This document shows positions 1 through 11,716 of a stretch of 38,884 bases of DNA, piece after piece. The notes below the pieces were generated by a model. That model saw only the letters and a program-made list of their open reading frames with translations. It was not told the origin of the DNA and ran no database searches. The stretch covers positions 1 through 38,884 of the forward strand of contig JAUCBJ010000972.1 of NCBI GenBank assembly GCA_032718475.1, read 5' to 3'. The position numbers were made by a program, and so were the translations under genes. The first letter of the stretch is position 1. Every line of letters begins with the position of its first letter. This stretch comes from Nemertoderma westbladi. Lineage: Eukaryota > Animalia > Xenacoelomorpha.

Positions 1-10
1 TCTCGGGGAG

Positions 11-508
11 TGTAAATAATCGCCAGGTTGTCGACCGGAATTTCTAACTTTCTGTACCCGTTTTTTGGGATCGAGACGTAATCTGCTGTCTTTACAGCAC
101 TCTGTCCAACCTCCCTCTAGCGGGAAGGTTGGCAGGCAATCTTAGGATCGAAACGTAGCTAACTGGCCACTCAGCAGTCTCCTTGGCTACCCAATCAGGA
201 CGCTTCCTGAGACGGTATTTAAGGAGCTGCTGGCCACTTTTCCTCACTTCCAAGTCGACAACCTTTTCCTTGTGCAAACCCCTGCTTCAAAGTTTAGTGA
301 TTTAATTGTCTCCTCTTCTATTTCCTTATTATTCAACGAACTATTATAAATAAACTCAGTTATCGCGTTCACTCAAAATCAACTTTTTCAACCTTCACCT
401 TACCCTTCTACCTCTACTTTGGGAGCCGTCACATAGTTGCACTCCCTTCGGCAACTGGGATTCTAAAATCGAAGACTCTCTGCATCTCTCAACGCCCAGT
501 TCGCCACA
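11..508 (+). mobile_element. 3' LTR of a BEL/Pao-type LTR retrotransposon (internal region lies left of the window)
   Basis: Preceded by a purine tract (ggggag, 5-10). Begins TGTAAATAATCGCC and ends GCCACA, like the LTRs at 1897/7508/10900. Shares internal blocks with them (ccaatcagga, gtatttaa, cttgtgcaaacccctgc...aagtttag, ggg..c.gtcac...gttgc...ccct.cgg). Confidence 0.75.
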
Positions 509-771
509 AGCAGATCGGAAACACATAAATTGGCCATAAAAAAGTTGATTGTGTTCTGCATTTTCTTATTAGTTGCAATTACTAACAACATCAATGTGTT
601 ACCGACAAGTATCAACGCAAAAACCAGTGAGTAGAATACATCTATAAACATTATTTGCTCATCCATCACATTATGAGGTACTTCGACGAATCGTTGAGTA
701 GTATTGGAGAAGGTTTTATTTTCTAATAGTTCATTATAGTCATAGATAATTCTGTTCTCCGATTCCATCAT
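509..771 (-). pseudogene. N-terminal part (N-terminus, TM1, ICL1, start of TM2) of a class A rhodopsin-like GPCR, probably neuropeptide-receptor-like, interrupted by an LTR
   Basis: ORF 463..771 has N-glycosylation sequons NKT and NTT, a hydrophobic TM1 with the GN motif (LILVGNTLMLLVI), and the ICL1/TM2 segment KKMQNTINFFMANLCVSDLL (LAxxD-type). The GPCR-like sequence stops at the LTR end (508). Confidence 0.8.
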
Positions 772-1896
772 TGCGATTTGTAATTAGGTACTGACCCGTT
801 CTATGTATGTTGCATTACATTATTAAATCATTAGACTTAAATATTAATTATAATTTTAACAAGAGCAGAGAACAGGCATTCCTTTAGGAAACAGAGTGGA
901 AGGGTTTACTATGGAATATCACCCATCATGATGGTGAACAGGCATTCCTCGGTTAACAAGCCTAAATGATTCTCCCATTCATATTACAGGCCATACTGAA
1001 ACAATTCTAGAATTTTCTTTTTTACAAGTTTTCAAAACTCCAGATGTTTAGAATATAATATAGATATATTAACAGTTGTTGGCCTCCATATTATGCTCTC
1101 AAAAGAGGGCGAAAAAGCTGCGCCAACAATGACAAATATGAAACTCTAACCTCCTGTGCTCTTGACTCTCGTATAACGTTTTGGGTAGAATAGCCTTCCA
1201 CTGAAACCCGTTACTTTACCCAAATTTATGATTCACATTAATTAATTAAATTAATTAGTGTTAATAATTGTTGTAGGCTTGGCGGGCTGTCAGATATCGG
1301 CGTAGCGATTAAAATATCCGTCGAATGACTCACATAGATTTACTATTTTCCAGGTCGGGATTGGTACTACTGTAAATGCTCAATGAAATTCCTTAGCATT
1401 TTGTTCACAAACATTTAATCAAAATATTATCATGAACTATCGCCGTACCAATCCAAGAAACAAATTATTAAAACAAAATCTACAGGAACACACAAAGTAC
1501 ACGTTTGTGGGGCCATCGCGCAGGACGAGGCTCAGTTATCAGATACAGATTACAATTGAGCAATTCTATCCCAAAATCGGTACTTAAGAAATTTAAATAA
1601 ATAAATAAGAAACTTAACCAAACTGCCAATAAGAGTAAATCAAAGAAGAGAGGAAAGTTCCCCCTCGCTTCAACCGCCCTCTTAATCTGCTCCACCCCAA
1701 CCGCAAAGGAGCATAGAGGATTAATGAAAGACAGAGGTATTAACAGGAAATTGTTGGTGTGAATGGTTTAATATCTCATTCGTCCTTCCTTACTGCATTA
1801 TATTAAGCAACACAAATATATATGTTAAGAATTACAAATTAGAATTATTAACAGGAAATTGTGTTTTAAAAGTAGTATATTTTTAGGTGTGGTGGC

Positions 1897-2517
1897 TGTA
1901 AATGATCGCCTTCACCTTTGCAAAAAAACCAGCACTTGTCTTTCCTTATTACTTCTTTTATTGCGGCCTCAAATTATGTTACTGCTGTAGAGCACAATCG
2001 TTATACTTTACCTGTACATGTCGATCCCTTTCCCTCTAGCGGAATAATCGGATCAAAACGTAAAGGTTCTCAAACGCTTCCCTTGGCATTCTGCCCAATA
2101 GCTGCTCGATTCACCTAAGGGGGATCGAAACGTTACACCAATCAGGAAGCGCTATGCGGGGGTATTTAAAGCCCCTGCACGCATCATTTCTTCACTTCTT
2201 AGTCAAAATTCTAGCTTCTTGTGCAAACCCCTGCCACTAAGTTTAGGATAAGTTTCGTTATTTATTTTTGTGAATTTTATTATAATCTTTTCTTTACTTA
2301 TTGGTTAATAAGAAGTCAATTTATATTTCTCCCGAATTTCTCTTAATGTTTTATATCTACTATCATTCAACTTCCTGGGTGCTGTCACTGTGTTGCGACA
2401 CCCTACGGAGACGGGCTCCTTCCATTCAACTTTCATTCCGTCATTTCAAAGGCCTAGGCCTACTTAAACTCAGATATCGCTATGCAATACTTCCCTTCCT
2501 ACCCAAAGTCTGCCACA
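1897..2517 (+). repeat. LTR1 (5' LTR, 621 bp, no RTE insert)
   Basis: TGTAAATGATCGCC...TCTGCCACA. Near-identical to 7508-8309 and 10900-11716 apart from the 188-bp insert. Confidence 0.92.
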
Positions 2518-2541
2518 CTTTGAACAGGATACCCTTTACCA

Positions 2542-5500
2542 ATGGAGAACGTCACTGAGTCTATTCTGAGGGGTCGGAATAAATCCACTAAGGGCGCGAT
2601 TACGGCACAGATTCGGGAGATCTGTGCTCTCAACCCAACTGCGGACAAACTGAAGGCTCATGTCACCCTCAACTCTACTCGCTTGCAGCAACGGAAAGCA
2701 ACACTTCTCGAGATCTTCGAGGTGCTGTTTCTGAAGACTGCTGACGAAGAGGCCGCCGAACTTCTTTTCGATGAGATGGAGTCGGAACGGAACCGCATCC
2801 TCGATGCCAAACTCCACCTCGATCAGCTACAAGGGCTGCTCTCCATCGACGACCCGCCTTCTCCCGCCGACTGCGACTCAGTTGCGCCCTCTACTTCTGG
2901 TGTTGAGGCCCTTCTGTCAGCTTCGACTCTCCCGAAACTGTCTCTCTCCTGAGTGGCAGCGGCATAGGCTCCACCACCACACGTGATGCCCTGCACAGCA
3001 GCGAGAGCAGGAACGCGGAGGCAGTTCTTTAGATGGACAAACTTGGCGGCAGGTGAAACAGTAGACTTATCGAAGTCGACGAGCATGATGAACTGGTCGT
3101 GGAACTGTCTCCAATCCAGGGGATCGCCAGAGAACATGTTCTACTGCTAGTTCTAGTCTACTGTTTCACCTGCCGCCAAGTTTGTCCATCTAAAGAACTG
3201 CCTCTGCTTTCCTGCTCTCGCTGCTGTGCAGGGCATCACGTGTGGTGGTGGAGCCTATGCCGCTGCCACTCAGGAACTGATTTCACGGTTCGGGCAACCA
3301 AACATTCTAATCGCTCTCTATAGCCAGCAGATTGTGAACGCCCCAGCGGTCGCAACTGACAACCTGGACCAGTTACGAACTTTAGTGGACACCTTCTCTT
3401 CCTCCGTTCGGGAGTTAGAGTCTCTATTCGAAGAAGTAAAGAAAACTGGACTCAATGGAGACCAAGCCCCCTGCGCCTTCTCTACGAAGCTAGCTGGGCT
3501 CCTCCTGGCTCCGCAGCTGCTCTCAAAGCTGCCCAAGTCAATCGTCCTGGAGTGGAACCATAGGAATGCCAAGCCTATGGGACGTCACAACCTGGAAGCG
3601 CTACTAGATTTCCTAAAGACCGAACTGGAGGGCCTGGATCGTATCGACGGTCGGGTGAACCACCCAGACGCGCCAACCACCTGTCTACGAACCCCAAACC
3701 AGCTGCATGCAAACCTTTGGTTACCTTATCTTCCAAAACGCTTCACCCTCCAAGGATTAGGGACACTCCACCCGGAGATTGACTTGTGGCCGTTCGCTCA
3801 CAAAACCTCTACACTAACTGCCTGGCGTTGGGCCACTACGTTTCCGACTGCCCCCCAACTGCCTAACTGCAGGACTTGCTCTCAGAAGCACCACGGACTC
3901 CTTCACCATGAGCTTACTTCCCTCCCTGGGGGATTCTCTAGAGTCGGCTCATTCACCCCATCGCTCGTTCACAGAACCTTAGAGCCACCGACTGGCTCAC
4001 GATTGACCTTGCGGACCCTGACCCCTCAGCTGTCCATCCTACTGACTTCCTCCTCGGGGCAGACCTCCTCCCACATATTCTCCTTCCTGGAATAACGGTT
4101 GAGGATGGGGTGATGGCGCAGAACACAATCTTTGGTTGGACTCTTCTAGGGTGCCGTTCCTCTACGAGATCAACACTCTCTCAGTCCTTCCGCGTTTGTA
4201 CCAGGGGGCTGGACGTCCTATGTGACCTGGAGACCATCGGAATTACGCCCGAGACTGACGATGAAACTTCGGACTTCTTTGTCCACCCACACCTTGTTGG
4301 GGGTCGTTTCGAAATAGACCTCGCATGGATCAATGCCCGCTGCCCAGCGAGTAACTGTAGTAGAGTCTCCAAGCGCCGACTCACTCCCAACCATCTCGAA
4401 GGACTCAAGCAGCTTGAGTCCCTGGGGTATACCAAGAGACTAGCGTCTCCACCCCCTACTGCTTACTTCTTGCCGCACCATGCCATGGTGCAGCATGGAA
4501 AGACACGAATTGTCTTCGATGGCGCCCAGAAGTCACCCAATGGCCTCTCCATCAATGACTGTCTGAAGACAGGTCCGAACCTCCTCCCGCTACTTTTCAA
4601 TGTCACCTTGCGATTCTGAGTCTACCCCTGCGTGGCCGTAGGGGACATTTTCAAATCACCTTTGCATACGGTGGCGAGATGAAGAGGGGGAGGTCGTGAG
4701 CTACTTTGTTCGCCTTCCATTTGGACTCAACTGCTCCCCGAGCGCCCTCCAGTCTACTCTGTGAGTCCTGTTCGGCCGGCATACAGATGCTGCTTCGGCC
4801 CCAGCATTGCCGAGCTCGTCTGCTGATGCGACCCTGGTCGGTGACCCCTTGGCCATTGATCCCTTAGTCGTTAACTCTCCAGCCATTGAACCACACACCC
4901 TCTCTCGTCTCCTAGCCAGTCTCTACATTGATGATGTGGTCTTAGGGGGAGACACTGCGGCCAAAGTGAACCAGCTAAGGGAGACCCTGACTGACGTACT
5001 GAGCCGCGCCTCCATGGACCTCCACAAGTGGAGGTCAACAAACCCCATCTGTGAAGGGGAGAGCCTTCCAACCCGAGTACTGGGAATTCCATGGGACCAT
5101 GTTGCTGACAAATCTCAGTCAACCTCGACAATGTCGCCCTGCCTAAGGTGTTCACTAAGAGGTCCTTACTGGCCTGTACCACCTCCATCTTCGATCCCCT
5201 GGGTCTCCTCTCCCCCTGGACGCTTTATCTGCGCTTGCAACTGCAGGCAGCCTGGAACACTGGCTCTGGGTGGGACCATCCGCTAGACCCTTCTGCCATG
5301 AGTATCTGCGTGAATCTCCTTTCCCGCATACCTACGAACCCACCTGCCGTTCCCTGGAACTGTTCGCACCCAGACTGTATCGAGGTCTACGTCGATGCTT
5401 CGCGCAAAGCCTATGCGGCTTGTCTCTACACACTGCAGAGTGGTGTGCAGACTCTGCTTTGTGAGAAGGCGGGCACTGCGCCACGGTGGCCCCAACTTTC

Positions 5501-7325
5501 GATACCTCGCCTGGAGCTGATGGCGGCTCTGCTGGGAACCCGTCTATATGTATCCGTCCTCAAGGCACACGAAGACCTCCCTGGGGTCAACGCCCACTTC
5601 TATTCGGGCTCTACGATAACCCTCGCCTGGCTGAGTAAGCCTTCCGTAACCTGGAAAACCTTCGTGGCAACCGGGTGGGCGAAATCCAGCTCCACGCACC
5701 CTCCTATCTCTGGTCCCACATACCAGGGAGTCTGAACCCGGCAGACATTGCTACCCGCGGGTTCGACCACATCGATCTTAGCGCTTGTAGTTGGTGGTCC
5801 AGCCCCCCGGGTGACCCTGACCACATACTAGTCATTGACCCGCCAGTCATTGACCCTCGACACGCGACTCTGGAGATCTGCTGTCTGTTGTCTCGTCCTG
5901 CCATGGGGAGCAAGACTGTCGTGGACCTCCTACGTTTCTCCTAACTCACCCGCTCGGTTCGGGTTATGGCATGGGTCTCTCGCTTCATCCACAACTCCCG
6001 GGTTCGTCGGCGAACCCACAACTCCACTGCTAGCAGCCCCCTCAGTGGAGAGGAGCGAGCCCAAGCCCTTATCTCACTCTTCTATTTGGAACAGCGCTCG
6101 CTGATGAGCACCAACATAGAGTTGATCCTGGATGGAGATGCTCGCGAATCAGCCCTTTGGCCCTTCTGCCCCTTTATCGTTCCGAGGAATAACATCGTCT
6201 ATGGTTGCCCTCGAACCCAGGAACAATCGCTCCCGCTTCTGCCCAAGAAGTCCCCCCTCGCACGCCTGATTGCCTGGGACGTTCACATCAACTCTAAACA
6301 TGGGGGAGTCACTATGATGATGTCTGAGCTGGGCTGAACCGTCTGGATCGCTGGCCTTCGCTCAATCTGCAAGAAGGTTACCCACGACTGCACTTGATGC
6401 AGCCACTATCACTCCTGACATTTCGACACACCTGGGGGGGGGGGGGGGGCTGCCTGAATTCCGCGTCCAGCCTGGTGTGATCCTGTTCCAGTCCACCAGC
6501 TTGGACTATGCGAGCGGCCTTGTTAACAACTTGGGATAAAGCAAAGGTGGCACATTCTCCTCTTAACGTGTGCGTCCACACGCGCCCCTGCAACTCGAGC
6601 TCACCAGAAGCTTGGACTCCGAGGATACTTTCAATGCCCTACACCGTTTCGCTGCGCGTAGAGGCATACCTGAGGTGTTGTATTCTGACAATGCCGCCAC
6701 ATTTAAACTTCTGGGCAAGGTTTTGTCCAGCACTAAATGGAACTTTATCACCGTCCACGAGCCGTAGCATGGCAGATTCTGGGAACGGATGGTGGGGGTC
6801 GTGAAGCATGCGGTTCTCAAGAGTCTGGGACGAGCAGCCCTCACGGACGACGAGCTGCGCACTGTACTGGCTGAAGTCAAGGCCGCAATGAACTGTAGAC
6901 CCCTCATCCAGACCTCCGATGACACTCACAAACCTCTCACTCCAGCACACTTCCTCTTTGGTGGGACCCTGCCAGCGTTGACTCCTCCTCTCGCCCTCCT
7001 CTCGCCTAAAGACTACGAGGGATCCTTATCGACTTCATCACTGCGTCGCAGCTGGCGCTGATCTGTGGCCGCCTCTGAGGCTAAATGGTTGCGCTGGACC
7101 TCCAAATACCTCCCTACCTTGCGATCCTGGTGCCGGAAGCAGATACCTCACCCAGTTTCGAGAGCAGGACATCGTCATAGTCAACACCCCCCTCAAACCA
7201 TGTTCCATATGGCCTCTCGGTAATGTCACCCGAGTCCATCCTGGTGGCCAGACAGCGGACGTCCGGGTCAAGGGACACATCTCGTCACGCCCTGTGGCTG
7301 GTCTCGTTCCCCTCGAGATAAACTG
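2542..7325 (+). pseudogene. BEL/Pao gag-pol remnant, copy 1 (DUF1759-type Gag, RT, RNase H/peptidase A17 region, integrase, DUF5641-like C-terminus)
   Basis: Gag LPKLSL and FSGDPLDW..F.DQF. RT YFLPHHA..KTRIVFDG..SINDCLKTGPNL and LYIDD. SIFDPLGLLSP, VYVDASRKAYAAC, SIPRLELMAALLG, HIPGSLNPADIATRG. Integrase LQLELT..FAARRGIPEVLYSDNAATF and WERMVGVVK, LTPAHFL. Many frameshifts and stops. Confidence 0.92.
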
Positions 7326-7507
7326 ATACGGACTCATATTCATTGTTTGCATTTGGTTTTTCTTATCAGTTATTTCGCTTTTTGTGTTTGCTTTCCTCGT
7401 TATTACGTTCATTAGGTGCAATAAGTTAACTTTGTCGCTCGAATCTTTGTCTGTGTTTGCGATCATTATGTTGTCCTATTTTAGCTCACGCGAAAATAGG
7501 AGGGGAG

Positions 7508-8309
7508 TGTAAATGATCGCCTTCACCTTTGCTAAAAACCAGCACTTGTCTTTCCTTATTACTTATTTTATGTTACTGCTGTAGAGCACAATCGCTATAC
7601 TATACCTGTACGTTTCGATCCCTTTCCCTCTAGCGGAATAATCGGATCGGAACGTAAAGGTTCTCAAACGCTTCCCTTGGCATTCTGCCCAATAGCTGCT
7701 CGATTCACCTAAGGTGGATCGAAACGTTACACCTATCAGGAAGCGCTATGCGGGGGTATTTAAAGCCCCTGCACGCGTCATTTCTTCACTTCTTAGTCAA
7801 AATTCCAGCTTCTTGTGCAAACCCCTGCCACTAAGTTTAGGATAAGTTTCGGTATTTATTTTGTGATTTTGTTATAATCTTTTCTTTACTTTATTGGTTA
7901 ATAAGAAGTCAATTTACATTTCTCCCGAATTTCTCTTAATGTTTTATATCTACTATCATTCAACAATCTCATAAGCATGGTGGACAGCCCATGACTTTCT
8001 TGAGACGCATCTTAAAGGACACTGGACTTGAAGATGCGGATGATCTAGCAAATGTCATGGGTGATAGGGAGTTGTGGCGGCGCAATTTTGTCGATAAGCC
8101 GGTACAGCATTCTTAAAAATGCAGCTGCAATGCAGCATGCCGATCCTAGTAGTATCATTCAACTTCCTGGGTGCTGTCACTGTGTTGCGACACCCTACGG
8201 AGACGGGCTCCTTCCATTCAACTTTCATTCCGTCATTTCAAAGGCCTAGGCCTACTTAAACTCAGATATCGCTATGCAATACTTCCCTTCCTACCCAAAG
8301 TCTGCCACA
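7508..8309 (+). repeat. LTR2 (shared central LTR, chimeric)
   Basis: Preceded by the PPT and followed by the same leader and gag start as LTR1 (ctttgaacaggataccc...ATGGAG). Confidence 0.92.
7965..8152 (+). mobile_element. 5'-truncated RTE-like non-LTR retrotransposon 3' fragment nested in LTR2
   Basis: 11-bp duplication TATCATTCAAC (7954-7964, 8153-8163), with the empty site in LTR1 at 2361-2371. Encodes GGQPMTFLRRILKDTGLEDADDLANVMGDRELWR, resembling the RTE C-terminal DRxxWR motif. Short tagtag tail. Confidence 0.75.
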
Positions 8310-8333
8310 CTTTGAACAGGATACCCTTTACCA

Positions 8334-10722
8334 ATGGAGAACGTCACTGAGTCTATTCTGAGGGGTTGGAATAAATCCACTAAGGGCGCGATTACGGCAC
8401 AGATTTGGGAGATCTGTGCTCTCAACCCAACTGCGGACAAACTGAAGGCTCATGTCACCCTCAACTCTACTCGCTTGCAGCAACGGAAAGCAACACTTCT
8501 CGAGATCTTCGAGGTGCTGCTTCTGAAGACTGCTGACGAAGATGCCGCCGAACTTCTTTTCGATGAGATGGAGTCGGAACGGAACCGCATCCTCGATGCC
8601 AAACTCCACCTCGATCAGCTACAAGGGCTGCTCTCCATCGACGACCCGCCTTCTCCCGCCGACTGCGACTCAGTTGCGCCCTCTACTTCTGGTGTTGAGG
8701 CCCTTCTGTCAGCTTCGACTCTCCCGAAACTGTCTCTCTCCTGAGTGGCAGCGGCATAGGCTCCACCACCACACGTGATGCCCTGCACAGCAGCGAGAGC
8801 AGGAACGCGGAGGCAGTTCTTTAGATGGACAAACTTGGCGGCAGGTGAAACAGTAGACTTATCGAAGTCGACGAGCACGATGAACTGGTTGTGGAACTGT
8901 CTCCAATCCAGGGGATCGCCAGAGAACTGCTGGGATCCCGTCTATATGTATCCGTCCTCAAGGCACACGAAGACCTCCCTGGGGTCAACGCCCGCTTCTA
9001 TTCGGGCTCTACGATAACCCTCGCCTGGCTGAGTAAGCCTTCCGTAACCTGGAAAACCTTCGTGGCAACCGGGTGGGCGAAATCCAGCTCCACGCACCCT
9101 CCTATCTCTGGTCCCACATACCAGGGAGTCTGAACCCGGCAGACATTGCTACCCGCGGGTTCGACCACATCGATCTTAGCGCTTCTAGTTGGTGGTCCAG
9201 CCCCCCGGGTGACCCTGACCACATACTAGTCATTGACCCGCCAGTCATTGACCCTCGACATGCGACTCTGGAGATCTGCTGTCTGTTGTCTCGTCCTGCC
9301 ATGGGGAGCACGACTGTCGTGGACCTCCTACGTTTCTCCTAACTCACCCGCTCGGTTCGGGTTATGGCATGGGTCTCTCGCTTCATCCACAACTCCCGGG
9401 TTCGTCGGCGAACCCACAACTCCACTGCTAGCAGCCCCCTCAGTGGAGAGGAGCGAGCCCAAGCCCTTATCTCACTCTTCTATTTGGAACAGCGCTCGCT
9501 GATGAGCACCAACATAGAGTTGATCCTGGATGGAGACGCTCGCGAATCAGCCCTTTGGCCCTTCTGCCCCTTTATCGTTCCGAGGAACAACATCGTCTAT
9601 GGTTGCCCTCGAACCCAGGAACAATCGCTCCCGCTTCTGCCCAAGAAGTCCCCCCTCGCACGCCTGATTGCCTGGGACGTTCACATCAACTCTAAACATG
9701 GGGGAGTCACTATGATGATGTCTGAGCTGGGCTGAACCGTCTGGATCGCTGGCCTTCGCTCAATCTGCAAGAAGGTTACCCACGACTGCACTTGATGCAG
9801 CCACTATCACTCCTGACATTTCGACACACCTGAGGGGGGGGGGGGGGGGCTGCCTGAATTCCGCGTCCAGCCTGGTGTGATCCTGTTCCAGTCCACCAGC
9901 TTGGACTATGCGAGCGGCCTTGTTAAAAACTTGGGATAAAGCAAAGGTGGCACATTCTCCTCTTAACGTGTGCGTCCACACGCGCCCTGCAACTCGAGCT
10001 CACCGGGAGCTTGGACTCCGAGGATACTTTCAATGCCCTACACCGTTTCGCTGCGCGTAGAGGCATACCTGAGGTGTTGTATTCTGACAATGCCGCCACA
10101 TTTAAACTTCTGGGCAAGGTTTTGTCCAGCACTAAATGGAACTTTATCACCGTCCACGAGCCGTAGCATGGCAGATTCAGGGAACGGATGGTGGGGGTCG
10201 TGAAGCATGCGCTTCTCAAGAGTCTGGGACGAGCAGCCCTCACGGACGACGAGCTGCGCACTGTACTGGCTGAAGTCAAGGCCGCAGTGAACCGTAGACC
10301 CCTCATCCAGACCTCCGATGACACTCACAAACCTCTCACTCCAGCACACTTCCTCTTTGGTGGGACCCTGCCAGCGTTGACTCCTCCTCTCGCCCTCCTC
10401 TCGCCTAAAGACTACGAGGGATCCTTATCGACATCATCACTGCATCGCAGCTGGCGCTGATCTGTGGGGGCCTCTGAGGCTAAATGGTCGCGCTGGACCT
10501 CCAAATACCTCCCTACCTTGCGATCCTGGTGCCGGAAGCAGATACCTCACCCAGTTTCGAGAGCAGGACATCGTCATAGTCAACACCCCCCTCAAACCGT
10601 GTTCCATATGGCCTCTCGGTAATGTCACCCGAGTCCATCCTGGTGGCCAGACAGCGGACGTCCGGGTCAAGGGACACATCTCGTCACGCCCTGTGGCTGG
10701 TCTCGTTTCCCTCGAGATAAAC
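8334..10722 (+). pseudogene. BEL/Pao gag-pol remnant, copy 2, lacking about 2.4 kb (rest of gag, RT)
   Basis: Near-identical to copy 1. The junction at 8927/8928 joins the copy-1 equivalents of 3135 and 5530. Confidence 0.9.
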
Positions 10723-10899
10723 TGATATGGACTCATATTCATTGTTTGCATTTGGTTTTTCTTATCAGTTATTTCGCTTTTTGTGTTTGCTTTCCTCGTT
10801 ATTACGTTCATTAGGTGCAATAAGTGAACTTTGTCGCTCGAATCTTTGTCTGTGTTTGTGATCATTATGTTGTTAGCTCACGCGAAAATAGGAGGGGAG

Positions 10900-11716
10900 T
10901 GTAAATGATCGCCTTCACCTTTGCTAAAAACCAGCACTTGTCTTTCCTTATTACTTATTTTATTGCGGCCTCAAATCATGTTACTGCTGTAGAGCACAAT
11001 CGCTATACTATACCTGTACGTTTCGATCCCTTTCCCTCTAGCGGAATAATCGATCGGAACGTAAAGGTTCTCAAACGCTTCCCTTGGCATTCTGCCCAAT
11101 AGCTGCTCGATTCACCTAAGGTGGATCGAAACGTTACACCAATCAGGAAGCGGTATGCGGGGGTATTTAAAGCCCCTGCACGCGTCATTTCTTCACTTCT
11201 TAGTCAAAATTCTAGCTTCTTGTGCAAACCCCTGCCACTAAGTTTAGGATAAGTTTCGGTATTTATTTTGTGATTTTGTTATAATCTTTTCTTTACTTTA
11301 TTGGTTAATAAGAAGTCAATTTACATTTCTCCCGAATTTCTCTTAATGTTTTATATCTACTATCATTCAACAATCTCATAAGCATGGTGGACAGCCCATG
11401 ACTTTCTTGAGACGCATCTTAAAGGACACTGGCCTTGAAGATGCGGATGATCTAGCAAATGTCATGGGTGATAGGGAGTTATGGCGGAGCAATTTTGTCG
11501 ATAAGCCGGTACAGCATTCTTAAAAATGCAGCTGCAATGCAGCATGCCGATCCTAGTAGTATCATTCAACTTCCTGGGTGCTGTCACTGTTTTGCGACAC
11601 CCTACGGAAACGGGCTCCTTCCATTCAACTTTCATTCAGTCATTTCAAAGGCCTAGGTCTACTTAAACTCAGATATCGCTGCGCGATACTTCCCTTCCTA
11701 GCCCAAGTCTGCCACA
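10900..11716 (+). repeat. LTR3 (3' LTR, with RTE-like insert at 11372-11559)
   Basis: PPT upstream, TG...CA ends, followed by the TSD GTGGC. Confidence 0.92.

Larger units (their letters stand above)
1897..11716 (+). mobile_element. Degenerate tandem BEL/Pao LTR retrotransposon (LTR-internal-LTR-deleted internal-LTR)
   Basis: TG...CA termini and a 5-bp target-site duplication GTGGC (1892-1896 and 11717-11721). PPT gaaaataggaggggag precedes LTR2 and LTR3. Frameshifted gag-pol remnants occur in the BEL order Gag-RT-RNase H-integrase. Confidence 0.93.

Noticed and set aside
2518-2535. Primer binding site after LTR1 and LTR2
   Set aside because: No TGG-starting tRNA complement is present (ctttgaacaggat). 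At most it is a deleted remnant, so it is not called.
7038-7466. 142-aa antisense ORF (also 10437..10865) as an env-like or accessory gene
   Set aside because: It is the antisense reading of the integrase C-terminus and AT-rich 3' UTR. It is conserved only because the region was recently duplicated.
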